Shown here one piece after another: positions 51,485 through 63,564 of a stretch of 64,000 nucleotides of DNA. The DNA is taken from assembly GCA_963731795.1 (NCBI GenBank), contig CAVSWU010000003.1, positions 1,158,216 through 1,222,215 of the forward strand, given 5' to 3'. The stretch comes from an uncultured delta proteobacterium (GTDB lineage Bacteria; Myxococcota; Myxococcia; Myxococcales; Myxococcaceae). Numbering within the stretch: the first letter of the stretch is position 1; the number at the start of each line of letters is the position of its first letter. A program made the translations under genes and the position numbers. Under the pieces are notes generated by a model. The model had not been told where the DNA came from and searched no databases. It worked only from the letters and a program-made list of their open reading frames with translations.

Positions 51485-53186
51485 TCACGGCGGCGCGGCC
51501 TGCCCGGCGGGCGCCGTCATCTCCACCGTGCCCTCCTCCGACTCGTCCTCCTCCTGGCCCTCGGGCTTCGCGAGGGCTGGCGGGGTGACTGCGGGCTGAG
51601 CGGAGGGGGTGGTCGCCTTCCCCGCAACGGCCGGCTCGACGATGGACGGAGTCGACTTCCCTGCCACGGCAGGCTCAGCCACCACTGGAGTCGCCTTGCC
51701 CGCCGCGGGTTGGACAGACATCGTGGCTGCCTTCTCGGCAACGGCCGATTCGGCGGAAGTCGGGACCGACTTGCCCGCCACGACTGCCTCGGAAGAGACC
51801 GGTGCGGCCTTCTCCGCCACGGCAGGCTCCGCAGAAACCGGGGCCGCCTTCTCCGCCACGGCGGGCTCGGCGGCAGCCGGAGCTGACTTCGCGGCCACGG
51901 CCTGCGGCGGCGGCGCCGGGAGCCGCTCCAGCGCCAGACGCATCGCCTCGCGCCCGAGCCAGGTGCCGCGAATGCGCCACAGCGGATCATTCACGACGAT
52001 CGGCCGCCACGGCCACGCGCGGGTGATCCTTGGGCGCGAAGCCCACGAACCACGAGTAGTCGTGGAACGGGCTCTTGTCCGCCAGCGTGCCCGTCTTTCC
52101 CACCGCGCCCGGAACCCGGAAGGCTCGCTCGCGGAAGATGCGCCGCGCGGTGCCGTTCTTCACCGTCTGCTCCATCATGTCCGCGAGCGCACGCTGCACC
52201 TCGGGAGGCAGCACCTGCTCGCCTTCAGGAGGAGGCGCACCAGACGCGGGCTCGAAGAGGACAGGATCGCGCCACACGCCCGTGGCCGAGGCCGCCGCCA
52301 GCGCCGCGCCGTGCAGCGGAGACAGGTACACGTCCCCGAAGCCCGCCCCGGCCTCGGCCAGCCCGAACTCATCGTCCGGAATCGAGGCGAGCGACACATC
52401 CGTGGGGATGGGGAACGAGATGGGCCGGTTGAAGCGCAGCCGCGCCGCCATGCGCCGCAGCGCGTCCGCGGCGAGGTACTTCTTGGTCATCTTCGCGAAG
52501 ATGACGTTGGCGCTCTTGCCCAGCGCGGCGGCCAGCGAGTAGCACGCCCCGTCGCGCTCACTGTCCTCCAGGAGCCGCTCGTCGATCCGCCGCTTGCCGC
52601 CGTGGAAACAGGCCTCCTCGTCCGGGGACACACCGGCCTCCAGCAGCGCGCTGCCGGTGACGATCTTGAAGATGCTGGCCGCGGGGAACACCGCGCGTGT
52701 CGTGAGCCCACGCAGATCCGGCTGGGCCTGCGAGTGCTCCGCCAGCGCCAGCACCCGGCCCGTGGAGGGCTCGATCACCACCGCCGCGCCATAGGGGACC
52801 TGGTAGTCCTGCATGATGCGGGTGAGCTCCTCCTGCAGCGTCGGATCAATCGTGAGCGTCGCCTCGCCCTCGGGGCCCGGCACCACGAGCCGCCCATCCC
52901 GGCGGAGCTTCGCGTGGGAGAGCAGATCCTCCTTGCGAGTCAACGTGCGCACGCGCGTGAGCGGAGGCGCGTCCTTGCGCGAGGGCACCGGCATGGGCGG
53001 CACCAACCCCACCTCCGCCACGCCCGCATCGGGCACCTCCACTCCGGCGTCCGAAGTACCGGCATCCGGCACGACAGCCTCGGAGGCGGCAGAGGCCTCG
53101 GGAGCACCCGTAGCAGTCCCCATCGCCCCGAGCACCAGGGCGAGAGGTAGAATCAGCGCGGCGAGAAGGTGGCGAGAGTCCAGCAT
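51485..53186 (-). CDS. penicillin-binding protein transpeptidase with C-terminal Ala/Pro/Lys-rich tandem-repeat tail; frameshift ~51990
   Basis: Signal peptide, SIFK (SxxK), SAN, KTGT motifs in ORF 51987..53186; …FVGFAPKDHPRVAVA then NDPLWRIRGTWLGREAM… continues in ORF 51485..51994. Confidence 0.7.
51575..51910. repeat. ~10 tandem copies of a 33-nt repeat encoding AEPAVA(E/G)K(A/S)xPV
   Basis: Direct reading: gccttctccgccacggc(a/g)ggctc(c/g)gc…ccgg units repeated head-to-tail. Confidence 0.7.
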
Positions 53187-53302
53187 GCAGAGAGCGCGAT
53201 CCTAGATCGCTGGAGGAACCTGTCTACGTCCGCCTCCTCGGCTGCTCTTGGAGCAGTGGAAGCTGGCCGGAGCACTGAAGATCTGACTAGGGTGCCGCCA
53301 CC

Positions 53303-54088
53303 TTGGACGGACTCAAAGAAATCGCGGTAGTCTGGAGCGCCGAGACCCTTCGGGCCGTGCGCAGCGCCCGCACGCTGGTGTTGCTCGGGCTCTACAGCAT
53401 GTTCTCCCTGGTGGTCCTGCTGGTCGCCAGCCTGGTGGCCCGCAACGCCCGCCTGGACATGGAGGGGATGGCGGCGCTGGAGCAGCTGCCCCCGGACGTG
53501 GCGTGGATCTTCAAGATCACCCTCTGGTTCCTGCCCGTGTACGTGGCCCTGATGGGCTTCGATCAGATCAGCGGCGAGGTGGGCCCGCGCTCCATCCGCT
53601 ACCTCACCGTGCGCGCGCGCGTGTCGTCCGTGCTGCTGGGCAAGTTCCTCGTGCAGTCCTCGCTGCTGGTGGGCCTGGTGTTCGTCATCGACGTGGGCCT
53701 CTTCATCTACGCGCGCTTTGCCCACCCGAACTTCGTCTTCTCCGCCATGGTGCTGAACCTGCTGAAGGTGTGGCTGGCGACGCTCGTGTTCTCGCTGGCC
53801 TACGTGGCGCTCACCTCGCTCTGCTCGAGCCTGTTCCGCACCTCGGGGCTGAGCCTGGTCTTCAACTTCGTCATGGTCCTCACCTTCCTGGTGATGGAGC
53901 TGGCCGGCTGGTACTTCGAGGGCAAGTCGTTCCTCACCTACATCCGCTACCTGGCCCCCTCGTACTACTCGGCGAACCTGCTGAGCACGGTGCCCAGCGA
54001 GTTTGGCCTCAGCGCCCTGGCCTACGCCTGCTTCACCGTGATCTTCCTCGGCGGCTCCTATGCCGTCCTGCGCGCGAGGGACCTGTGA
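53303..54088 (+). CDS. ABC-2 type transporter permease
   Basis: 261 aa, 6 TM. Confidence 0.7.
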   Translation: MDGLKEIAVVWSAETLRAVRSARTLVLLGLYSMFSLVVLLVASLVARNARLDMEGMAALEQLPPDVAWIFKITLWFLPVYVALMGFDQISGEVGPRSIRYLTVRARVSSVLLGKFLVQSSLLVGLVFVIDVGLFIYARFAHPNFVFSAMVLNLLKVWLATLVFSLAYVALTSLCSSLFRTSGLSLVFNFVMVLTFLVMELAGWYFEGKSFLTYIRYLAPSYYSANLLSTVPSEFGLSALAYACFTVIFLGGSYAVLRARDL

Positions 54089-54996
54089 GCGAGCCCGCCG
54101 TCGAACTGTTCCAGCTCACCAAGCGCTTCGGCCCCAAGGTGGCCGTCAACGCCGTCACCCTCTCCATCCCCCAGGGGCAGGTGTACGGCCTCATCGGCCC
54201 CAACGGCGCCGGCAAGACGACCGCCTTCTCGATGATGTGCGGCTTCCTCCACCCCTCCGAAGGCGCGCTCAAGGTCCTGGGCGTGACGCCGACGACGCCA
54301 GGAGCCCTCAAGGGCAAGCTGGGCGCGCTGCCCCAGGATGCCCTCCTGCCTCCGGGCTGGGAGGTGGGTGAGCTGCTGACGTACTGGGCACGGCTCTCGG
54401 TGCTCGCCCAGCCCGAGCGCGAGGCCCGCGAGGCGCTCGAGAAGGTGGGACTGGCGGACGCCTGGGGCACGCGCACGGAGGCCCTGTCTCACGGCATGGC
54501 CAAGCGCACGGCCATGGCCCAGGCGATGATGGGGCAACCGCCGCTGGTGCTCCTGGACGAGCCCACCGCCGGCCTGGATCCGCGCGTCGCCGCCCAGGTG
54601 CGCCAGCTCATCCGAGACATGAGGGGCCGGCAGACCGTGGTGGTCTCCAGCCACAACCTCCAGGAGCTGGAGGAGCTGTGCGACGCGGCGGCCATCCTCG
54701 ACCGAGGCATGGTGGCGAAGGCCGGCGCCATGTCCGAGCTGACCGGCCAGGGCGCGGAGTTCCGGGTGCAGATCGCCAGCGGCGAGATCCTCCCCCCGGA
54801 GCTCACCCAGCTGCCCGGCGTCACCTCCGCGAAGATGGAGTCTCCCGGCGTGCTCCTGGTGCGCTTCGACGGCCAGGCCCACAAGCCCGAGGAGGTCATC
54901 AGCCGCACCGTGGGCCACCTCCTCCAGACGGGGGTGCTGATCCTCGGCGTCCACCGGGGCCAGCGGCTGGAAGAGCGCGTCCTGCAGATTCTTTGA
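54085..54996 (+). CDS. ABC transporter ATP-binding protein
   Basis: GTG start overlapping permease stop (GTGA); Walker A GPNGAGKTT, signature LSHGMAKR, Walker B LLDEP. Confidence 0.8.
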   Translation: MSEPAVELFQLTKRFGPKVAVNAVTLSIPQGQVYGLIGPNGAGKTTAFSMMCGFLHPSEGALKVLGVTPTTPGALKGKLGALPQDALLPPGWEVGELLTYWARLSVLAQPEREAREALEKVGLADAWGTRTEALSHGMAKRTAMAQAMMGQPPLVLLDEPTAGLDPRVAAQVRQLIRDMRGRQTVVVSSHNLQELEELCDAAAILDRGMVAKAGAMSELTGQGAEFRVQIASGEILPPELTQLPGVTSAKMESPGVLLVRFDGQAHKPEEVISRTVGHLLQTGVLILGVHRGQRLEERVLQIL

Positions 54997-55018
54997 AACT
55001 CCCGAGCCGCTCGTGTCA

Positions 55019-55273
55019 CTACGGCCCGTGAACTCCCGGCTCCCCTCCCGCCTTGCGCACCCATCCGACGTAGCTCGCCCCCCGGCGCTCCATGCGGATG
55101 AGGGTGTGCCCGGTGGCCTCGCACCAGGCGGGCAGATCGGCCTCCAGGCCTCGATCCGTGGAGATCAGCTCCACCAGCGCGCCCCCGGGCAGGCGCCGGA
55201 TGGCCTTGGCGATCTCCAGAATGGGCACGGGGCAGGCGGTCCCCGAGGTGTCCACGCGAACGGCCGCTTCCAT
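55019..55273 (-). CDS. TusA-like sulfurtransferase (SirA/YedF/YeeD family)
   Basis: MEAAVRVDTSGTACPVPILEIAKA… CPxP motif. Confidence 0.7.
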   Translation of the reverse strand: MEAAVRVDTSGTACPVPILEIAKAIRRLPGGALVELISTDRGLEADLPAWCEATGHTLIRMERRGASYVGWVRKAGGEPGVHGP

Positions 55274-55503
55274 GGATGTGAGTCTGACACGCGCCAAGGT
55301 TGGCGCGTGAGAGGGGAATTTCCCGGAAAAACTTACTGTTTCCGGGCCTCTATGAAATGTGGGGAGGCCGTCGGCAGCATGGCGGCTCGGCTTGCATGGC
55401 CGGATTTTCCTCTGTTATCTAGCCCCGCCTTCCTTACCCGGTCTGGGGTCGCCACGCGCGGGATGGACCTGAGACGCTGAGACGCAAGGAGCAGAACGGA
55501 CAT

Positions 55504-57481
55504 ATGAAAGCCAACGTAATCGTGGCCCTGGTAGTGGGCCTGGTGCTCGGGTTCTTTGGTGGCAAAGCCGCCACCGGCACTGGTAAGAGCAGTGACAGTG
55601 GCACCGCACAGGTCGCCGCGAACGCGCCCTCGGCGCCCAGCCAGGCCGCGAAGCCCACGCGCCAAGCAGACCCCACCGTGTTCAAGGTTCCCCTCGAGGA
55701 CTCGCCCCGCCGGGGCAGCGATGACGCCCTCATCACCGTCGTCGAGTTCTCCGACTTCCAGTGCCCGTTCTGCGCCCGCGCCTACACCACCGTGGAGAAG
55801 CTGCGCGAGCAGTACGGCGAGAAGCTCCGCGTGGTGTTCAAGCAGAACCCGCTGCCGTTCCACCCCCGCGCCAAGCCCGCGGCCATGGCGGCGATGGCCG
55901 CCGGTGAGCAGGGCAAGTTCTGGGAGATGTACGACAAGCTCTTCGGCGCCCGCGCTCTTGAGGACGCGGACTTCGAGAAGTACGCCCAGGAGCTCGAACC
56001 TCGACGTGGCCCGCTGGAAGAAGGATCTGACCAACCCGAAGTTCCAGCAGATCGTCGACCGCGATCAGGCGCTGGCCAGCCAGCTCGGCGCCAACGGCAC
56101 CCCGGCCTTCTTCATCAATGGCCGCCTGCTCTCCGGTGCGCAGCCCATCGAGAACTTCAAGGCCATCATCGACGAGGAGGTCACCAAGGCCGAGGCGATG
56201 GTGAAGAACGGCACCAAGCCGAGCCAGGTCTACGCCGCCGTCATCGAGAAGGGCCAGACGCGCGCCGCCCCCCCGCCGTCCGCTCCGCAGCAGCCCGCGG
56301 GCCCGCGCAAGGTGGAGGTCCCCGTGGACGCCCCCGTCCAGGGTGAGAAGACCGCCAAGGTCACCATCGTCGAGTGGTCCGACTTCGAGTGCCCCTTCTG
56401 CAGCCGCGTGGAGCCCACGCTGGCCAAGGTCAAGGAGACGTACGGCAAGAACGTGCGCCTGGTGTGGCGCAACCAGCCCCTGCCCTTCCACCCGCACGCG
56501 AAGCTGGCCGCCACCGCCGCCATGGCCGCGCACGAGCAGGGCAAGTTCTGGGAGATGCACGACAAGATGTTCGCCAACCAGAAGGCCCTGGAGCGCGCCG
56601 ACCTGGAGAAGTACGCCCAGGAGCTCAAGCTGGACATGAACCGCTTCAAGCAGGCCCTGGACAGCGACAAGTTCAAGGCGAAGATCGACGCGGACTCCGC
56701 GGCCGGTAGCGCGGCGGGCGCCAACGGCACGCCGACCTTCTTCATCAACGGCCGCCAGGTCGTGGGCGCGCAGCCCTTCGAGAACTTCAAGCAGACCATC
56801 GACGAGGAGCTGGCCAAGGCGGACAAGCTGCTGGCCAGCGGCGTGAAGCCCGAGGATCTCTACGCGAAGATCATGGAGTCGGCGGGCAATGCTCCGGCTC
56901 CCTCCGAGGCCGCGGCCCCGGCCGAGCCGCCCGTGCAGAAGATCGAGGTTGGCAAGGCGCCGGTGAAGGGCCCCGCCAACGCCCCGATCACCATCGTCGA
57001 GTGGTCCGACTTCGAGTGCCCCTTCTGCGGCCGCGTCACGCCGACCGTGAAGCAGCTCGAGGAGGAGTACAAGGGCAAGATCAAGATCGCCTTCAAGCAC
57101 CAGCCGCTGCCCTTCCACGCGCACGCGCACCTGGCCGCCACCGCCGCCATGGCCGCGCAGGAGCAGGGCAAGTTCTGGGAGATGCACGACAAGCTCTTCG
57201 CCAACCAGCGCGCCCTGGAGCGCGCGGACCTGGAGAAGTACGCCCAGGAGCTCAAGCTGGACATGAACAAGTTCAAGCAGGCCCTGGACACCGACAAGTT
57301 CAAGGCGGCGCTGGACGCGGACTCCGCCGAGGGCATGCGCGTGGGCGCCAACGGCACGCCGACCTTCTTCATCAACGGCCGCACGGTGGTCGGTGCGCAG
57401 CCCGTCGAGAACTTCAAGAAGGTGATCGATGAGGAGCTGAAGAAGGCGCAGGGCGGCGCGGTGGCCAAGGACACGAAGTAG
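55504..57481 (+). CDS. three-domain DsbA-family thiol:disulfide oxidoreductase (3 tandem thioredoxin/DsbA repeats); frameshift ~55980
   Basis: TM anchor; CPFCARA, CPFCSRV, CPFCGRV active sites each followed by …NPLPFHP…AAMAA.EQGKFWEMHDK…GANGTPTFFINGR…; first repeat's tail read in ORF 55556..57481 frame. Confidence 0.75.
56340..57470. repeat. two ~630-nt near-identical direct repeats (DsbA domains 2 and 3)
   Basis: gtcgagtggtccgacttcgagtgccccttctgc, cagggcaagttctgggagatgcacgacaag, gccaacggcacgccgaccttcttcatcaacggccgc each occur twice ~630 nt apart. Confidence 0.7.
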
Positions 57482-57570
57482 TCCTCACCGCTCCCCTGAA
57501 GTCTCCGAGGCCGTCGGACCCACGAGGTCCGGCGGCCTCCGTGTTTTTCAGCGTCTTTTCAGCGTCCGGT

Positions 57571-57957
57571 TCAGGAGACGGCGATGGCGTCGATCTCCAC
57601 CTTGGCGCCCCGGGGCAGCGCGGCCACCTGCACGGTGGCGCGGGCCGGCGGGGCGGCGGTGAAGGAGCGGCCATAGACTTCGTTCACCTTGGCGAAGTCG
57701 GCCAGGTCGGTGAGGAAGATGGTGCAGCGCACCACGTGGGAGAAGTCGAGCCCGCCGGCGGCGAGCACGGCCTTCAGGTTCTGCATCACCTGCTCGGCCT
57801 GCGCGGCCGCGTCACCCTGGACCATCTCCATCGTCTTGGGGTTGAGGGGGATCTGCCCGGAGAGGAACGTCATCTTCCCGGACTCCACCTGAATGGCCTG
57901 CGAGTAGGGGCCAATGGCCTGGGGGGCGCTGTCGGAGTGGAGGGCTTTGCGTGCCAT
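57571..57957 (-). CDS. ridA: RidA/YjgF family reactive-intermediate deaminase
   Basis: 128 aa canonical RidA. Confidence 0.85.
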   Translation of the reverse strand: MARKALHSDSAPQAIGPYSQAIQVESGKMTFLSGQIPLNPKTMEMVQGDAAAQAEQVMQNLKAVLAAGGLDFSHVVRCTIFLTDLADFAKVNEVYGRSFTAAPPARATVQVAALPRGAKVEIDAIAVS

Positions 57958-57977
57958 GAGGACACCTCGGGTTGAAG

Positions 57978-57998
57978 CGGCCGTCCGCCGGCCGCGGT
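57978..57998 (-). terminator. GC hairpin gcggccg-N5-cggccgc between rel and ridA
   Basis: 7-bp inverted repeat read from sequence; weak (no clear U-tract). Confidence 0.2.
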
Positions 57999-58037
57999 CC
58001 GAGGGGGCTCTAACACGAATCCCCGCGCGCGCGGCGC

Positions 58038-60249
58038 TCAGATGCGCTCGACGGAGTGCACGCCGCTGAGCCGTTCAATGGCGCGCATCAAGTCGGTGAG
58101 CTGCTTGAGATCGGAGATCGTCACTTCGAAGGTGTTCACCGCGCGATCATCCCCGGTGGCCCGGCAGTTGGCCTGGGAGATGTTGACGCCCTTCTTGGAG
58201 AAGGTGTTGGAGATGTCGGCCAGCAGGCCGGGCCGGTCCGCGGTGAGCACGCGCAGGGTGACGGGCCGCTTGAAGTCGCCCCGCACGTCCCAGGACACGT
58301 CGACGCGCCGCTCGGGATCCGTGGCCAGGGACTTCTCGCACTTGTCCGTGTGCACGGTGACGCCGCGCCCGCGGGTGATGAAGCCGACGATGGGATCTCC
58401 CGGGACGGGGTTGCAGCAGCGCCCGAAGCGCACGAGCACGTCGTCCACGCCGCCAATCTGCACGCCGCTGCGGCTGGTGCGCCCCACGAGCCGCTTGGCC
58501 AGATCCGTCACCTTGGACAGGCCCGGCAGCATGGAGGAGCCGCCGCCGTCCCCACTGGAGGGGGCGGTGCTGGGCGCGGGGCGCTCCTCTGAAGCCAGCT
58601 TCTCCTGGGGCACGAGGCGCTGGGCCAGCTGCTGCGGCGTCACCTTCCCGTAGCCGATGGCCACCAGCAGATCGTCTTCGATCCGGTAGCCCAGCTCCTC
58701 GGCGGCCTTCTTCAGCTCGCCGTTCTTCGTCAGCTTGTTGAGGTTGCACTGGTAGCGCTTGAGCTCGCGCTCGGCCAGCTCGCGCCCCAGCTGCAGGCTC
58801 TTGTCGCGCTGCTGCTGCTTGATGAAGTTGCGGATGCGCTGCTGGGCGCGGCTCGTCTTGACGAAGGTGAGCCAGTCCTTGGACGGGTGCGCCTGCGGGC
58901 TGGTGAGCACCTCCACCATGTCCCCGTTCTTCAGCTTGTAGCGCAGCGGGACGATCTTCCCGTTCACCTTGGCGCCCACGCACCGCCCGCCCACGTCCGA
59001 GTGGACGGCAGTAGGCGAAGTCCACCGGGGTGGCCCCGCGCGGCAGGCTCTTCACGTCCCCCTTGGGGGTGAAGACGAAGACTTCATCGGTGAAGAGGTC
59101 CACCTTCACCGTCTCGAGGAACTCCTTGGGATCCTTCAGGTCCTGCTGCCACTCCATGAGCTGGCGCAGCCAGGCGAACTTCTCGTCGTCCTTGGAGATG
59201 AGGACCTTGCCCTCCTTGTACTTCCAGTGCGCCGCGATGCCCTCCTCGGCGATCTTGTGCATCTCCGGGGTGCGGATCTGCACCTCCACGCGCTCGCTCA
59301 GCGGGCCGATCACCGTGGTGTGCAGCGACTGGTACATGTTGGGCTTGGGGATCGCGATGAAGTCCTTGAAGCGCCCCGGCACCGGCTTCCACAGCTGGTG
59401 CACCAGGCCCAGCGCCTCGTAGCACGAGGGCACCGTGGGCATGAGGATCCGGAACGCGATGATGTCGTGGATCTGATCGAACTCGATGCCCTGCTGCTTG
59501 ATCTTCTTGTAGATGCTGTAGACGTGCTTGAAGCGGCCGCTGACGTCCCCCTTCAGCCCGCGCTCCTCCAGCTTGGAGCGGATGAGGGCGCTGGTGTCGT
59601 CGATGTACTTCTCGCGCTCCTTCTTGCGCTTGTTCAGCTTCTCCTGGAGGTTGAGGAACTCCTGGGGCTTGACGTAGCGGAAGGACAGATCCTCCAGCTC
59701 GATCTTGATCCAGCTGATGCCCAGGCGGTTGGCCAGCGGGGCGTAGATGTCCAGCGTCTCCTGGGCGATGCGGGCCTGCTTCTCCTCGGACATGTGGTCG
59801 AGCGTCCGCATGTTGTGCGTGCGGTCGGCCAGCTTCACCAGGATGACGCGGATGTCCTGCGCCATCGCGATGATCATCTTCCGGAAGTTCTCCGCCTGCT
59901 TCTCCTCCTGGGAGAGGGTGGCGGAGGCCGAGAACTTGGAGAGCTTGGTGACTCCATCGACGAGCTGGGCCACCTCGGGGCCGAAGAGCTCGGTGAGCTC
60001 CTCGGCGGTGGCCAAGGTGTCCTCGATGGTGTCATGGAGGAGACCCGTGACGATGGAGGCCTCGTCGAGCTTGAGCTCGGCCAGGATGCCGGCGACCTCG
60101 AGCGGGTGGACCAGGTAGGGCTCCCCGGACTTGCGGAGCTGGCCCTGGTGCACCTTGGCCGAGTAGACGTACGCCTTCTTGATGATGTCCAGATCGGGGT
60201 CCGGGTGATAGGAGGCAACCCGCTGGAGGATGTCGTTCAGGCGAATCAT
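58038..60249 (-). CDS. rel: bifunctional (p)ppGpp synthetase/hydrolase RelA/SpoT; frameshift ~59000
   Basis: HD domain (…HPLEVAGILAEL…HDTIEDT…), synthetase domain, then TGS/ACT C-terminal part in ORF 58038..58994 frame. Confidence 0.85.
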
Positions 60250-60401
60250 GGAGAAACAGAGGCAATCGTAACTTTCGTACTCAGAGGGGGCAACGTCGCA
60301 GGTTCTCTCTTGTTGAACTTGCACCCCTTGCCAGCCCCCTGCCGGAACCTGTCGCATTCGTTGACCCGACGTTTTACGCACCCCTAAAGTCGCTTTCGCC
60401 C

Positions 60402-61697
60402 ATGTCACAGCTCCTGCTGTCCGCTCTCGCCGTGGTCTGCCCGAACTGTGACGGCCACAATCCGCCTCGTACGGCGGTGTGCGCGCAGTGCGGTGCCTCC
60501 GTGGCCGAGGCACCGAGCCCTCGGGCAGCCCCTGCTCGCCCAGCGGCCGGGCAGCGGCCCCCTGTCCCTCCGGGTACCTCCGCTCGTGCAGCGCCGGCCG
60601 CCAGCGCGCCCAGGGGTGCCGAGAGTGGCCCGCCCGTTCCGCGCGCCGGAGAGGCCATCCCGCCAGGGCTGAGGCCGTCCGCCCGGGCGCCTACCCCCGA
60701 GGCCGGTGCCCATCCCGCCGAGCCTACGCCCTCCGCACGGCCCGGCCCTCCTGTGCCCACGGTGGCATCCGCCGCTGTGCCTCGTCCTGGCGTTGCCGCC
60801 CCCCACCCGCCTTCGGGCGCCCGTCCAAAGCCCGCGGATGCGCCCCCTCCCCGGCCTGGCCCTGGGGCGCGCGCGGCCCCTCCGGTTCCCGCCGAGCGTC
60901 CGGCACCTCCCATCCCCGACGCTGCCATGCCCAGAGCGGCGCCCGCCATGCCCGTGGCCGCGCCGGCGGCCCCTCCGGTGGCTGCGCCGGCGGCCCCTCC
61001 CATGGCTGCGTCGGCGGCCGCTCCCGCCGCCGCGCGACAGGCTCCCGCTGCCTCACGGTTCGGGCTCACGGTCGTCGCGGGGACGACCCGGGGACAGCGC
61101 TACAAGCTCCCGGTCACTGGCTGCGTGGTGGGCCGCAGCCGCGGGGCCATCCTCCTGCAGGAGGATGTGTTCGTCTCCGCCCTCCACGCGACGTTCCTCG
61201 TGAAGGATGGTGCGCTCTTCGTCCGTGACGAGAACAGCGCCTCGGGGGTCTACGTCACCGTCCCTGGCACCGAGGCCATCGCGCCCCGGGCCCTCTTCAG
61301 CGCGGGCTCGCGGCTGTTCCGCTTCAGCGGCCGCATCGAGATCCCCATCGCCCAGCAGGGGCAGCCGGTCATCTACGGCGCTCCCGTGCCGCTCGGGCAG
61401 GCCATCTACGCCGTGGAGGAGATCCTCGTGGGAGGGCGCGCGGGCCGCACCGTGGTGGCGGCCACCGCGCTGCTCACCATCGGCCAGGCGCACTGCGACT
61501 TCAGCTTCCCGCAGGACGAGGGCCTCGCCGGCCGGCACTGCGAGCTCAGCCCGACCGCCACCGGAGCCATGCTGAGGGATCTGTCCGGAGGCCTCGGCAC
61601 GTATGTCCGGATCGCCCCGGGCACCGAGCGCCAGCTGCGCCCCGGAGACCGCATCCGCATCGGCCAGCACGTGTTCCAGGTGGAGATGCTGGGCTGA
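60402..61697 (+). CDS. zinc-ribbon / Pro-rich linker / tandem FHA-domain protein
   Basis: CPNCDGHN…CAQCG N-terminus, ~200-aa Pro/Ala-rich region, two FHA-like modules (…GRSRGAILL…SALHATF… and …TIGQAHCDFSF…LAGRHCEL…). Confidence 0.7.
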   Translation: MSQLLLSALAVVCPNCDGHNPPRTAVCAQCGASVAEAPSPRAAPARPAAGQRPPVPPGTSARAAPAASAPRGAESGPPVPRAGEAIPPGLRPSARAPTPEAGAHPAEPTPSARPGPPVPTVASAAVPRPGVAAPHPPSGARPKPADAPPPRPGPGARAAPPVPAERPAPPIPDAAMPRAAPAMPVAAPAAPPVAAPAAPPMAASAAAPAAARQAPAASRFGLTVVAGTTRGQRYKLPVTGCVVGRSRGAILLQEDVFVSALHATFLVKDGALFVRDENSASGVYVTVPGTEAIAPRALFSAGSRLFRFSGRIEIPIAQQGQPVIYGAPVPLGQAIYAVEEILVGGRAGRTVVAATALLTIGQAHCDFSFPQDEGLAGRHCELSPTATGAMLRDLSGGLGTYVRIAPGTERQLRPGDRIRIGQHVFQVEMLG

Positions 61698-61712
61698 AGC
61701 GCGGCCCGCGCC

Positions 61713-63434
<1,722 letters not shown>

Positions 63435-63564
63435 GGCGGGTTCCGTCTCAGGGGTCGTGCGGTGTGGAAGCGGGAGTTCAGCACGTTGCTCGGGTCTGCA
63501 TCAAGCCATGTGCGCGGAGCGAGCAACATCGCCCGGGCCTTGATATGAGAGAGGGGGCCTTGCC

